Positions 1-8,607 of a stretch of DNA of 64,000 bases are shown here, piece by piece. Source of the stretch: Planctomycetota bacterium (GTDB lineage Bacteria > Planctomycetota > Phycisphaerae > Phycisphaerales > SM1A02); NCBI GenBank assembly GCA_036339295.1, contig JAYZBK010000079.1, positions 240 through 64,239 of the forward strand, in the 5' to 3' direction. The translations under genes were made by a program, and so were the position numbers. The first letter of the stretch is position 1. Every line of letters starts with the position of its first letter. The notes under the pieces are model-generated. The model was given only the letters and a program-made list of their open reading frames with translations. It did not search any database and was not told the DNA's origin.

Positions 1-153
1 CTTCGTTCATCACGGCCTGGGACTTGGAGATTCCCGGGTCTGGTGGCCGCGATTACTTGCCGTGGGTTGTGGTGCCCGGATCTCGGCGAACGTCGCACGA
101 GGTGCCGGACGGTGATTCGTTCAGGTCGCCGGGCGATCCCGCCCGGCCGCCGG

Positions 154-537
154 TCACTTCTTGCCGGCCTTGGCCTTCTTGACGCCGTACTTCGAACGGC
201 CCTGCATGCGGCCGTCGACGCCCAGGCAGTCGAGGGATCCGCGGACCACGTGGTAGCGGACGCCCGGCAGGTCGCGGACACGACCGCCACGCACGAGCAC
301 GATCGAGTGCTCCTGGAGGTTGTGGCCCTCGCCGCCGATGTAGGCGGTGACTTCCTTGCCGTTCGACAGGCGGACGCGGCACACCTTGCGAAGCGCGGAG
401 TTCGGCTTCTTCGGGGTGACGGTTCGAACCTGCAGGCAGACGCCTCGTCGCTGCGGGCACGCGTCGAGATCGCGAACCTTCGACTTCGCCGACTGCGGTC
501 GACGGGGGTTGCGGACGAGCTGGTTGATGGTCGGCAT
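154..537 (-). CDS. rpsL: 30S ribosomal protein S12
   Basis: Track ORF 154..690(-) trimmed to the ATG at 537 (CAT at 535-537). [13 protein letters not shown]...CPQRRGVC...[19 protein letters not shown], 127 aa, textbook S12 sequence. Confidence 0.97.
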   Translation of the reverse strand: MPTINQLVRNPRRPQSAKSKVRDLDACPQRRGVCLQVRTVTPKKPNSALRKVCRVRLSNGKEVTAYIGGEGHNLQEHSIVLVRGGRVRDLPGVRYHVVRGSLDCLGVDGRMQGRSKYGVKKAKAGKK

Positions 538-635
538 TCGGTGGTCTCGTTCTACGGACGTGCCTCTCGGCGGAGAATCGGCGAGGGTACCCGACCCCCG
601 TCCGGCTGACAAGGCCCGCAGGCGTGAAATGCCCT

Positions 636-1103
636 TCAGGCCACGTCGCCCCCCGCCGATCGGATCCCGTCCTTCACGAGGTGGTCGCATCGTTCGTTGC
701 CGGCGTGTCCGGAGTGCCCCTTCACCCAGGTGACGGAGAGGTCGACCTCCGACTTGAGCTCGTCGAGCCTTCGCCAGAGATCCTCGTTGAGCACCGGCTT
801 CCGCCGTCCCGAGACCTTTCGCGTCCAGTTATTGGCCTTCCACCCCGGCATCCATTCCGTCAGTCCCTTGAGCACGTACTGGCTGTCCCCGATCAGCTCG
901 ACGGTCGGCGGCTGGTTCTCGGACATCGCGATGACGGCCTGCAGCCCCTCGATGACGGCGGTGAGCTCCATCCGGTTGTTGGTGGAGGCCGGTTCACCGC
1001 CGAACCGCTCCACCGGTTCGGTCCCTCCCTCGAGCACGAAGGCCCACCCGCCGGGCCCGGGGTTGGGGGCGCATCCACCATCGGTATGAAGCACGTACGA
1101 CAT
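636..1103 (-). CDS. rnhA: Ribonuclease HI
   Basis: ORF 636..1136(-) trimmed to [11 protein letters not shown]. Motifs: [43 protein letters not shown]. Typical RNase H1 fold. Confidence 0.9.
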   Translation of the reverse strand: MSYVLHTDGGCAPNPGPGGWAFVLEGGTEPVERFGGEPASTNNRMELTAVIEGLQAVIAMSENQPPTVELIGDSQYVLKGLTEWMPGWKANNWTRKVSGRRKPVLNEDLWRRLDELKSEVDLSVTWVKGHSGHAGNERCDHLVKDGIRSAGGDVA

Positions 1104-1137
1104 GGCCTGCCGGGAACCTCCGCGTTGACCGCACATC

Positions 1138-1166
1138 TTGACAGTGGTGCGGGAAACCCCTAATTT
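1138..1166 (+). promoter_or_regulatory. Sigma-70-type promoter candidate for rpmF-plsX-fab operon
   Basis: TTGACA (1138-1143), 17-nt spacer, TAATTT (1161-1166). It sits in the lowest-GC patch of the divergent rnhA/rpmF spacer, about 95 nt upstream of the rpmF ATG. Confidence 0.5.
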
Positions 1167-1262
1167 AGTCGGTTCTCCACCGGGAGAGGGTCCCGGCCGC
1201 CGAACGGCGTCGCCCTCCCCCGCTCACCCGACCCTCCTCTTCACCCAGGACGGACACCGCCG

Positions 1263-1451
1263 ATGCCAGTCCCCGCTTTCCGCCAGTCGCCCGGCCGTGG
1301 CCGACGCCGCCGCTCCCACGACGCGATCGCGAAGACCCACACGACCCTGTGTGCGAACTGCGGCGCCGCCAAGCGACCCCACACCGCCTGCCGCGAGTGT
1401 GGTTTCGTCCGGCCGGGGCTCCAGGTGAAGCCGACCCGCCCGGAAGCCTGA
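1263..1451 (+). CDS. rpmF: 50S ribosomal protein L32
   Basis: MPVPAFRQSPGRGRRRRSHDA...CANCGAAKRPHTACRECG. L32 N-terminal basic motif plus zinc-ribbon cysteines. Canonical position upstream of plsX. Confidence 0.9.
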   Translation: MPVPAFRQSPGRGRRRRSHDAIAKTHTTLCANCGAAKRPHTACRECGFVRPGLQVKPTRPEA

Positions 1452-1536
1452 TCGCTCCCGGACCGGTCCCCCCCTCGGATCGCCGGCGAGAGCATCGCCA
1501 GTGACGCTCACCCTCCTTCGCGGGTAGGCTTTCCGC

Positions 1537-2583
1537 ATGCGCATCGGTGTCGACGTAGCGGGTGGCGACAACGCCCCACACGAAATCCTCAAGGGTTCGT
1601 TCGAAGCCCTCCCCGGCCTCGGAGAGGACGATGTCCTCGTGCTCGCGGGCGACCGTGAAGTGATCACCGAGGCGATGGCCGAATCGGGCACGTCCGATCC
1701 CCGGATCGAGATCCTCGAGTGCTCCGAGAGCATCGGGATGAGCGAAAGCCCGGTCGAGGCGGTTCGCGGCAAGCAGAAGAGCTCCATCACGCAGCTCTCG
1801 CGGATGGGCAGCCCGAAGGCCGGCGACGAACGGATCGACTGCTGGATCTCCGCCGGCAACACCGGCGCCTGCGTCACCGCCGCGCAGATGTACATGCGGC
1901 GGCTCCGCCACGTGCATCGCCCCGGCATCGCCGTCACCGTGCCCACTTTCAGCGGCCCGATCGTCCTGATCGACGTGGGCGCGAACATCGAGCCCAAGCC
2001 GCACCATCTCGCCCAGTACGGGGTGATGGGGTCGATCTACGCCTCCAAGATCCTCGGCGTCGCCAACCCTCGCGTCGGGCTGATGAACGTCGGCGGCGAG
2101 GAGGGCAAGGGCACGAGCGACATGAAGTCCGCCCGCGACATGCTCCGGGACGCGGCGGACACGAACTTCATCGGATACGTCGAAGGGCGGGGCGTCTTCG
2201 ACGGCGAGGCCGACGTCGTGGTCACCGACGGCGTCGTCGGCAACGTGATGATCAAGCTCGCGGAGGGACTCTCGGCCGGAATCTTCAAGGCGATCGCGGC
2301 CGAGGTCTTCCAGATCGATCCCGAGCTCGCCCTCCGCTTCGAGCCCGTGGTCAAGAGCCTCTACGCCAAGCACGACTATCACGAGTACGGCGGGGCCCCG
2401 CTCCTCGGCGTGAACGGCGGCTGCATGATCGCCCACGGTTCCGCGATCGGCCGCACGATCACCAACGCCATCCACCGAGGCCGTGAATTCGTGCGGAGCG
2501 GCGTGAACGAGGCGATCTCGTCCGCCCTCGCCGACGTGGGCCAGGCACTGCCCGAGCGTGCGGCGGAAGAAGTCCCGTCATGA
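1537..2583 (+). CDS. plsX: Phosphate acyltransferase PlsX
   Basis: MRIGVDVAGGDNAP...NTGA...GLMNVGGEEGKG...VVTDGVVGNVMIKL...GAPLLGVNG. Full-length PlsX pattern, 348 aa. Confidence 0.95.
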   Translation: MRIGVDVAGGDNAPHEILKGSFEALPGLGEDDVLVLAGDREVITEAMAESGTSDPRIEILECSESIGMSESPVEAVRGKQKSSITQLSRMGSPKAGDERIDCWISAGNTGACVTAAQMYMRRLRHVHRPGIAVTVPTFSGPIVLIDVGANIEPKPHHLAQYGVMGSIYASKILGVANPRVGLMNVGGEEGKGTSDMKSARDMLRDAADTNFIGYVEGRGVFDGEADVVVTDGVVGNVMIKLAEGLSAGIFKAIAAEVFQIDPELALRFEPVVKSLYAKHDYHEYGGAPLLGVNGGCMIAHGSAIGRTITNAIHRGREFVRSGVNEAISSALADVGQALPERAAEEVPS

Positions 2584-3590
2584 AGAATCCGACTCTCCCG
2601 TCCGATCGCGGCGTGCGAATCGCCGGAACGGGATCCTTCACGCCCGACAAGCTGCTCACGAACGACGACCTCGCGCAGATGGTCGAGACGAGCGACGAGT
2701 GGATCACGCAGCGGACCGGCATCAAGCAGAGGCGCATCTGCGAGCCGGGCACCGAGGGAACGTTCAGCATGGCCCGCGAGGCGCTGGGCCGGGCGATCGA
2801 CGACTCCGGAATCGATCCCAAGACGCTCGACCTCGTCATCGTCGGCACGGTCACCCCGGACATGACCTGCCCGTCGACCTCGGCGAGGCTCACCGCGGAG
2901 TTCGGGGCGACCCCGGCCGCCGCCTTCGACCTGTCCGCCGCCTGCTGCGGGTTCCTCTACTCGATGAACATCGCCGATTCGATGATCCGACTCGGCCGTG
3001 CCGACCGCATCGCGGTGGTCGGCGTCGATCACATGAGCTCGGTCATCGACTACGACGACCGGAGCTGCTCGATCCTCTTCGGCGACGCCGCGGGCGCCGC
3101 GATCCTCGAGGTCGTGGACGACCCGAAGCGAGGCTCCGTCTACCAGACGCTGCACGCCGACGGCCGCGACTGGCCGGCCCTCTACATCCCCCGACGGGAA
3201 TCGGACCTCGTCGAGGGAGCCGACCCCGACGAGATCAAGATCGGATGCCTGCGAATGAATGGTCGCGAGGTCTACAAGTTCGCGGTCACGAAGTTCCAGC
3301 GGTCGATCCGGGACGCCCTCAAGGCGACCGGCCTCGCCCCCGAGGACGTGGGCTCGTACATCTGCCACCAGTCGAACGCCCGCATCATCGAGAGTGCGAT
3401 CGAGAAGCTCGGCCTCCCCCCCGAGCGGGTCTACATCAACATCGACCAGTACGGGAACACCTCGGCCGGCTCGGTCGGGCTCTGCCTCGACGAGATGCGG
3501 AAGAAGGACCTCATCGACGAGTCGAAGCCGACGCTGCTGGTCGCCTTCGGCGGCGGCATGACCTGGTCGAGCTCGGTCTGGTACTGGTAG
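2580..3590 (+). CDS. fabH: 3-oxoacyl-ACP synthase III
   Basis: GTGSFTPDKLLTNDDLAQMVETSDEWITQRTGIKQRRI, active-site AACCGF, HQSNARII, GNTSAGS. ATGA overlap with the plsX stop at 2580-2583. Confidence 0.95.
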   Translation: MKNPTLPSDRGVRIAGTGSFTPDKLLTNDDLAQMVETSDEWITQRTGIKQRRICEPGTEGTFSMAREALGRAIDDSGIDPKTLDLVIVGTVTPDMTCPSTSARLTAEFGATPAAAFDLSAACCGFLYSMNIADSMIRLGRADRIAVVGVDHMSSVIDYDDRSCSILFGDAAGAAILEVVDDPKRGSVYQTLHADGRDWPALYIPRRESDLVEGADPDEIKIGCLRMNGREVYKFAVTKFQRSIRDALKATGLAPEDVGSYICHQSNARIIESAIEKLGLPPERVYINIDQYGNTSAGSVGLCLDEMRKKDLIDESKPTLLVAFGGGMTWSSSVWYW

Positions 3591-3635
3591 TCGATCGCTC
3601 GCAACCCGGGTCGCCGAAGGCGACCGCATGGAGCC

Positions 3636-4610
3636 ATGACTTCGATGCAGAAGCGCAGAGTCGTTCTTCTCTGTCCCGGACAAGGCGCCCAGGCCGTCGG
3701 CATGGGCAAGGCTTGGATGCAGTCCCAGACCGCGTCCGCCCACACCTTCGCGGCGGCCGACGAGATCGTCGACCTCGGCGACGCCGGCAGCCTCTCCAAG
3801 CTCTGCTTCGAGGGGCCGGCCGACACGCCCCCCCGCCCCGACGTCAGCCAGCCGGCGCTCTTCACCACCGCCGTCGCGAGCTACCAGGCGCTGCTCGAGC
3901 GATGGGGTGGCGTCGACCTCGACGCCGCGCTGGGGCTCTCGCTCGGTGAATACACCGCCCTCCATCTCGCCGGAGCCTTCGGGTTCACGGACGGCCTTCG
4001 ACTGGGCGCGACCCGCGGCCGCCTGATGCAGGAGGCCGCGCAGGCCTCCGAAGGCGGCATGGTCGCCCTCGTCGGCGCCACCGAGGACCAGGCGAACGAA
4101 GTGTGCGACGAGGCGAGGAACGACGACGTCCTCGTGCCCGCCAACTTCAACGCCCCGGGCCAGGTCGTGGTCTCGGGGTCGGCCTCCGCCTGCGATCGAG
4201 CGGTCGAGACGGCCGGCCGGCTCGGTCTCCGGGCCAGTCGCCTGGCGGTGGCCGGGGCGTTCCACAGCCCCCTGATGGCCCCGGCGGCCGAGGGCATGGC
4301 GAAGGCCCTCGCCGAGATCGACCTGGAACCCCTCTCGACGGTGGTCTATTCCAACGTCACGGGGACCCCCCACGAGCCCGACAATCCCGAACTTCTGAAG
4401 CAACGGCTGATCGAACAGCTGACCAGCCCGGTACGATGGTCGGAGAACTGCTCGGCGCTCGCGGGAACCCTCGCGGAGACCGCCGAGGACGATCGACCCA
4501 GCGTGCATGAACTCGCCCCCGGCAAGGTGCTCAAGGGGCTGTTCCGACGAATCGACAAGACCGTGGAGGTCACCAGTCATGACCAACCGGACACCGAACC
4601 CGTTTCGTGA
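3636..4610 (+). CDS. fabD: Malonyl-CoA:ACP transacylase
   Basis: LCPGQGAQAVGMG, GLSLGEYTALHLAG (active-site Ser), NFNAPGQVVVSG, AFHSPLM. 324 aa. Confidence 0.95.
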   Translation: MTSMQKRRVVLLCPGQGAQAVGMGKAWMQSQTASAHTFAAADEIVDLGDAGSLSKLCFEGPADTPPRPDVSQPALFTTAVASYQALLERWGGVDLDAALGLSLGEYTALHLAGAFGFTDGLRLGATRGRLMQEAAQASEGGMVALVGATEDQANEVCDEARNDDVLVPANFNAPGQVVVSGSASACDRAVETAGRLGLRASRLAVAGAFHSPLMAPAAEGMAKALAEIDLEPLSTVVYSNVTGTPHEPDNPELLKQRLIEQLTSPVRWSENCSALAGTLAETAEDDRPSVHELAPGKVLKGLFRRIDKTVEVTSHDQPDTEPVS

Positions 4611-5406
4611 CCCCGCCAATCGCGGCATCGCCGGTGCCGCGATCCTCGGGATGTCCCTCGTCCTCTCCGGATGCGGAAGCGAGGAACCCCCGCCCGCGCC
4701 GGTGGTCGTCGCCCCGAAGGCACCCCCGCCGCCCCCGCCGCCGCCGCCGCCGAGCGTCACGCCGGTCTCGGAGCTCGTGGCGAAGTTCGGCATCGATCCC
4801 CGCGTCTCCCTCCCCGAGGAGCAGGCCCCGGACACCGATGCCGAGCGGATCGCGGTGCTCCGGTTCTTCGACGGGCTCGCCAAGGGCGACGCGGCCCAGC
4901 TGGGAAGCCTGATGAGCGGCCCCGATGCCATCCTCCTCGAGCGGATGGACGAGTCCGGCGCCTTCCGCGACGCGACCGAAGGCATCATGGCGATCAACGT
5001 CCAGACCGGCCCCGCCTCCATCGGCGACTGCGCCCTCGCGATCATCATGGTCGACGGCGACTTCGAGGCCCAGCTCTGGACCTACACGGTCGACGGCGAC
5101 CCGACCACCGACGGCGCCCGGTTCGACTCCGTCCCCGCCCCCCGCGACATCGTGGATCGACTGAGCGGCGACAACTGGATCGCCGCCTGGATCGAGGTCA
5201 TGGAAGGCGAATGGGCCAGGGCCCTCGAGCCCGACGAGGTGGTGGAGATCGCGAGCACCGATCTCACCGACGAGGAGGATTCCGCCTCCGGCCCGACCGG
5301 CAACCGACCCGCGGGCGGGGGCGGCGGCCAGCCCGGCCGCAAGCGACCCACCGGCCCCGCGGTCGATCCCAACCCGCAGGGACCCGGCGGCCCCATCGGC
5401 CGCTGA
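4579..5406 (+). CDS. Hypothetical lipoprotein with Pro10 tract
   Basis: ORF 4507..5406 trimmed to ATG 4579 (MTNRTPNPF). Signal peptide with lipobox LVLSGC. Ten consecutive Pro codons at 4723-4752. High GC3 throughout. Overlaps the fabD 3' end by 32 nt. I recognise no family. Confidence 0.7.
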   Translation: MTNRTPNPFRDPANRGIAGAAILGMSLVLSGCGSEEPPPAPVVVAPKAPPPPPPPPPPSVTPVSELVAKFGIDPRVSLPEEQAPDTDAERIAVLRFFDGLAKGDAAQLGSLMSGPDAILLERMDESGAFRDATEGIMAINVQTGPASIGDCALAIIMVDGDFEAQLWTYTVDGDPTTDGARFDSVPAPRDIVDRLSGDNWIAAWIEVMEGEWARALEPDEVVEIASTDLTDEEDSASGPTGNRPAGGGGGQPGRKRPTGPAVDPNPQGPGGPIGR

Positions 5407-5431
5407 GCAACTCGCAGGACCTGCTCGAGGG

Positions 5432-5486
5432 CCTCCGTTCGACCGAACGGAGGTCCTCGTCTCGTTCCCGGAGAGGCTCCCTCTCC
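5432..5486 (+). terminator. Two consecutive GC-rich hairpins after the lipoprotein gene
   Basis: First hairpin: CCTCCGTTC (5432-5440), loop GACC, GAACGGAGG (5445-5453). Perfect 9-bp stem followed by the pyrimidine/T-containing TCCTCGTCTCGTT. Second hairpin: GGAGAGG (5470-5476), loop CTC, CCTCTCC (5480-5486). No classic U-run. Confidence 0.4.
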
Positions 5487-5577
5487 GCGTCGAGCCGACC
5501 GGGACGCCTCCGCACCCAATCGATACACTCGTCGCCTTCTGTTCCTCCCGCCTCGAACCGCCCTGCGGAGCCGTGTC

Positions 5578-6312
5578 ATCGACAAGCGTCTAGCCATCGT
5601 CACGGGTGCCAGCCGAGGGATCGGCCGCTCCATCGCCGCCCGACTGGCCGCCGACGGCATGCACGTGGTGGCGGTGGCCAGGTCCGCCGATCCACTCGGG
5701 ACCCTCGTCGAGGAGATCGCGGACGCGGGAGGCTCGGCCGAGTTCCGCACCTGCGACGTCGGCGAGGGGAACGCCCTCGGCGAACTCGTCGAGGAGATCG
5801 CGGAGACCTCCGGTCGCCTCGACGTCCTCGTGAACAACGCGGGCATCACCCGGGACGGGCTCCTGCTGCGGATGTCGGACGAGGACTTCGACGCCGTCAT
5901 CAACATCAACCTGCGGTCGATCTTCTCGGCCTGCAGAGCCGCCGCCCGGCCCATGATGAAGGGCCGCCACGGCCGGATCGTGAACGTCGGGTCGGTCAGC
6001 GGCATCGCCGGGAACGCCGGCCAGGCCAACTACGCCGCTGCGAAGGCGGGATTGATCGGATTCACGAAGTCGATCGCCAAGGAACTGGGGGCGAAGGGGA
6101 TCACCGCCAACGTGGTGGCCCCGGGCTTCGTCAAGACCGACATGACCGAGACGCTGGTCTCGGGCAACGAGTCCGAGATGGCCAAGCGAATCACCGTCCG
6201 CCGGCTCGGCGAGCCGGAGGACATCTCCGCGGCGGTCTCCTACCTCGCGTCGGATGCCGCCGGGTACGTGACGGGGCAGGTCCTCGTCGTCGATGGAGGG
6301 CTGGTGATCTGA
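5578..6312 (+). CDS. fabG: 3-oxoacyl-ACP reductase
   Basis: Track ORF starts at ATG 5659, but the in-frame upstream codons read [27 protein letters not shown], the SDR Rossmann motif TGxxxGIG at 5602-5625. The true start must therefore be non-ATG/GTG/TTG. I place it at ATC 5578, with GGAG at 5567-5570. CTG at 5563 or 5539 are alternatives. The rest is classic FabG ([18 protein letters not shown]). Confidence 0.9.
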   Translation: MDKRLAIVTGASRGIGRSIAARLAADGMHVVAVARSADPLGTLVEEIADAGGSAEFRTCDVGEGNALGELVEEIAETSGRLDVLVNNAGITRDGLLLRMSDEDFDAVININLRSIFSACRAAARPMMKGRHGRIVNVGSVSGIAGNAGQANYAAAKAGLIGFTKSIAKELGAKGITANVVAPGFVKTDMTETLVSGNESEMAKRITVRRLGEPEDISAAVSYLASDAAGYVTGQVLVVDGGLVI

Positions 6313-6319
6313 CGGCCGA

Positions 6320-6358
6320 GGCCCCCGACGGGGGCCCGAAAAGGCCGCCCAGGCGGCC
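6320..6358 (+). terminator. Tandem GC hairpins downstream of fabG
   Basis: First: GGCCCCC (6320-6326), GAC, GGGGGCC (6330-6336). Second: GGCCGC (6343-6348), CCAG, GCGGCC (6353-6358). No U-run. An AT-rich TATATT at 6400-6405 further downstream could be an acpP -10 element. Confidence 0.3.
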
Positions 6359-6449
6359 CGGGAAATCCCCTCGGATCCCACGCCACCGCCCATGTCCGCT
6401 ATATTTTCCCCAAATCTGTCCCGAGCCGGGACCGACAGGAGACCGAATC

Positions 6450-6698
6450 GTGACTGAAGCCGAGATCGAAGCAAAGGTGATCGACATCGTTGCCGAGCAG
6501 ATGGGCGTCGAGCGGGGCGAGCTCTCTCGAGAGACGAGCTTCACGAACGACCTCAACGCCGACAGCCTCGACACCGTCGAGCTGGTGATGGAGTTCGAGG
6601 ACGAGTTCGACACCTCCATCCCGGACGAGAACGCCGAGAAGATCCAGACGGTCGGCGAGGCGATCGAGTTCATCAAGGCCAACCTGAACAAGAGCTGA
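6450..6698 (+). CDS. acpP: Acyl carrier protein
   Basis: GTG 6450 preceded by [24 protein letters not shown]...[20 protein letters not shown], with the DSLD phosphopantetheine site. 82 aa. It is the last 83 codons of the spurious 675-aa track ORF 4671..6698. Confidence 0.95.
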   Translation: MTEAEIEAKVIDIVAEQMGVERGELSRETSFTNDLNADSLDTVELVMEFEDEFDTSIPDENAEKIQTVGEAIEFIKANLNKS

Positions 6699-6707
6699 TC
6701 CGGACCC

Positions 6708-6726
6708 GCGACGCCAGGCGCGTCGC
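6708..6726 (+). terminator. acpP-fabF intergenic stem-loop (attenuator-like)
   Basis: GCGACGC (6708-6714), loop CAGGC, GCGTCGC (6720-6726). Perfect 7-bp stem 10 nt after the acpP stop. No U-run. Confidence 0.3.
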
Positions 6727-6774
6727 AGCTTGCACCACCGCCCCGAAGGGGGTGGACGGTCGCCACGAAGCACC

Positions 6775-8034
6775 ATGAGGACGATCACCCTTCGTCGAGT
6801 CGCCGTCACCGGACTCGGCGCCATCACCGACCTCGGCAGCGACGTCGCCTCCACCTGGGAGGGCATGCTGTCGGGCCGCTCCGGCATCGGACCCATCACG
6901 GCGTTCGAACAGGACGACGAGTGGACCGTGCGTTTCGCCGGCGAAGTCGACGATCTCGACTCGTCGCACTGCGTCGACGTCCGCGAGGCCAAGCGGATGG
7001 ACCGGGCATGCCTCCTCGGCCTCGTGGCGGCGGAGGAAGCGGCCAAGGACTCGGGCATCGACTTCCAGACCGGCGACCACTCCCGGCGCGGCGTCGCCAT
7101 CGGGTCCGGCGTCGGCGGGATCATCACGATCGAGGTCGGGCTGGAGAAGCTCCTGAAGACCGGCCCGCGGAAGATCAACCCCTTCACCGTGCCGAAGCTC
7201 ATGGTGAACGCCTGTGCGGGCAACGTCTCGATCCGTCACTGCCTCCGCGGAACCAACATCGCGACTGCGACCGCGTGCGCAAGCGGCGGCCATTCAATCG
7301 GCGCCGCCTTCCATTCGATCCAACGCGGCGATGCCGACGTGATGCTGGCCGGCGGCACCGAGGCCGCGGTGAGTCGCCTCTGCATCGGCGCCTTCGCCGC
7401 CATGAAGGCCCTCTCGACCCGGAACGACGATCCGACCGCCGCCTCGCGGCCGTTCGACCGCGACCGCGACGGATTCGTCCTGGCCGAAGGGGCGTCGGTC
7501 CTGGTCCTCGAGGACCTGGAGCACGCCAAGGCCCGGGGCGCGACGATCCACGCCGAGGTGGTCGGATTCGCATCCAGCGGCGACGCCCATCACCTCGCGG
7601 CGCCGGACGAGGAGGGCGTCGGTGCCCGGAGCGCGATGGCCCACGCCCTCAGGGACGCCGAGCTCGAAGCCGACCAGATCGGCTACATCAACGCCCACGG
7701 AACCTCGACCCCGCTCGGGGACTCCGCGGAGGTGCGTGCGGTGAAGGCCGTCTTCGGCGACCACGCCGACCGGCTCGCGATGAGCAGCACCAAGTCGATG
7801 ACCGGGCATGCCCTCGGAGCCGCTGGCGGCCTCGAGAGCGTCGCCGTCGTCAAGGCCCTCGCCACGGGGACCCTCCCCCCGACGATCAACCTCGAGTCGC
7901 CCGACGAGGGCTTCGACCTCGACTTCGTCGCGAACGAGGCCCAGGAGCGACCGATCGACTACGCGATCAACAACTCCTTCGGCTTCGGCGGCCACAACGT
8001 CAGCCTCGTCTTCAAGCGATACACCGGCGACTGA
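6775..8034 (+). CDS. fabF: 3-oxoacyl-ACP synthase II
   Basis: ORF 6730..8034 trimmed to ATG 6775. MRTITLRRVAVTGLGAIT, ATACASGGHSIG (active-site Cys), INAHGTSTPLGD, NSFGFGGHN. Confidence 0.95.
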   Translation: MRTITLRRVAVTGLGAITDLGSDVASTWEGMLSGRSGIGPITAFEQDDEWTVRFAGEVDDLDSSHCVDVREAKRMDRACLLGLVAAEEAAKDSGIDFQTGDHSRRGVAIGSGVGGIITIEVGLEKLLKTGPRKINPFTVPKLMVNACAGNVSIRHCLRGTNIATATACASGGHSIGAAFHSIQRGDADVMLAGGTEAAVSRLCIGAFAAMKALSTRNDDPTAASRPFDRDRDGFVLAEGASVLVLEDLEHAKARGATIHAEVVGFASSGDAHHLAAPDEEGVGARSAMAHALRDAELEADQIGYINAHGTSTPLGDSAEVRAVKAVFGDHADRLAMSSTKSMTGHALGAAGGLESVAVVKALATGTLPPTINLESPDEGFDLDFVANEAQERPIDYAINNSFGFGGHNVSLVFKRYTGD

Positions 8035-8043
8035 TCGCCTCCG

Positions 8044-8275
8044 GCGGTCCCGGAAGCCGATCCGATTCCCGGACTCGCCTTCCCTGCGACGGCTGCCCCC
8101 CGGTGTGCTCCAAGCACCCCAATCCCCCATTCCCGTGAACGACCCGGGCCGTCCGGGGATCTTCCTGTGGTCCGAACACCCCATTCCCGGTCGATCCCGG
8201 GCCATCCGGAGCCTCCCCAGTGAACCAGGGGCGGCCAGGAAGCCGATGTAGGGGAGAGACCCGATTCCCGCACCT
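8044..8275. repeat. Modular direct repeats in the fabF / fliN-like spacer
   Basis: CC(G/C)ATTCCCG occurs at 8062-8071, 8126-8135, 8180-8189 and 8261-8270. The outer copies are each preceded by GGAAGCCGAT (8052-8061, 8238-8247). The inner copies extend to CCATTCCCG-N6/7-CCCGGGCC-N-TCCGG (8127-8156 and 8181-8209). Confidence 0.6.
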
Positions 8276-8291
8276 CGACGGCCGGACCGAC

Positions 8292-8558
8292 ATGCCCGAC
8301 GATCTCGATGCCATCCTCTCCCTCGAAGTCCCGCTGATCGTGGAGGTCGCGAGCCGCAAGATGTCGCTCGCCGAGGCGGTGAACCTCGTCCACGGGGCGA
8401 TCATCGAATTCCCCCAGTCGAGCGAGGGGGACCTCCGGGTCCTCGTGAACAACAAGCCCGTGGGATCGGGGCTGGCCGTGAAGGTCGGCGAGAACTTCGG
8501 CGTCAAGATCTCGCGGATCGGCGACGTCACGACCCGGGTCCAGGCCCTCACGGCCTGA
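8292..8558 (+). CDS. FliN / SpoA-domain (flagellar motor switch / T3SS sorting-platform) family protein
   Basis: ORF 8220..8558 trimmed to ATG 8292. DLDAILSLEVPLIVEVASRKMSLAEAVNLVHGAIIEFPQSSEGDLRVLVNNKPVGSGLAVKVGENFGVKISRI aligns by eye with the C-terminal SpoA domain of FliN. 88 aa. Confidence 0.8.
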   Translation: MPDDLDAILSLEVPLIVEVASRKMSLAEAVNLVHGAIIEFPQSSEGDLRVLVNNKPVGSGLAVKVGENFGVKISRIGDVTTRVQALTA

Positions 8559-8562
8559 GACC

Positions 8563-8578
8563 GCGGCGACTTCGCCGC
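8563..8578. terminator. Hairpin between convergent genes
   Basis: GCGGCG, ACTT, CGCCGC: 6-bp stem in the 49-nt spacer between the fliN-like and BI-1-like stops. Confidence 0.25.
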
Positions 8579-8607
8579 CTGCCCCCCGACCGTCATCCAC
8601 TCGAGCG

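Noticed and set aside
1-40. Possible 5' end of rpsG (S7) on the minus strand downstream of rpsL. After an in-frame TAA the frame reads ...GISKSQAVMNE with ATC (31-29), GTG (13-11) and ATG (10-8) as possible starts.
   Set aside because: Only 3-10 codons are visible. The rpsL-rpsG synteny makes it plausible, but the sequence itself cannot support a call or a start site.
2379-5048. 889-aa minus-strand ORF antisense to plsX/fabH/fabD.
   Set aside because: The opposite strand carries three unmistakable fab genes. The translation is Arg/Gly/Pro/Ala-rich low complexity, typical of antisense frames in roughly 70% GC DNA.
4671-6449. Upstream 590 codons of the 675-aa plus-strand ORF ending in acpP.
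   Set aside because: Only the last 83 codons (GTG 6450 onward) are ACP. The remainder is an Arg/Pro-rich alternative frame over the lipoprotein and fabG genes.
8220-8262. GGAAGC...GAUGUAG strings reminiscent of SRP (4.5S) RNA helix 8.
   Set aside because: The two elements are 2 nt apart instead of roughly 30 nt. There is no GGAA tetraloop helix or flanking pairing, so the resemblance is coincidental.
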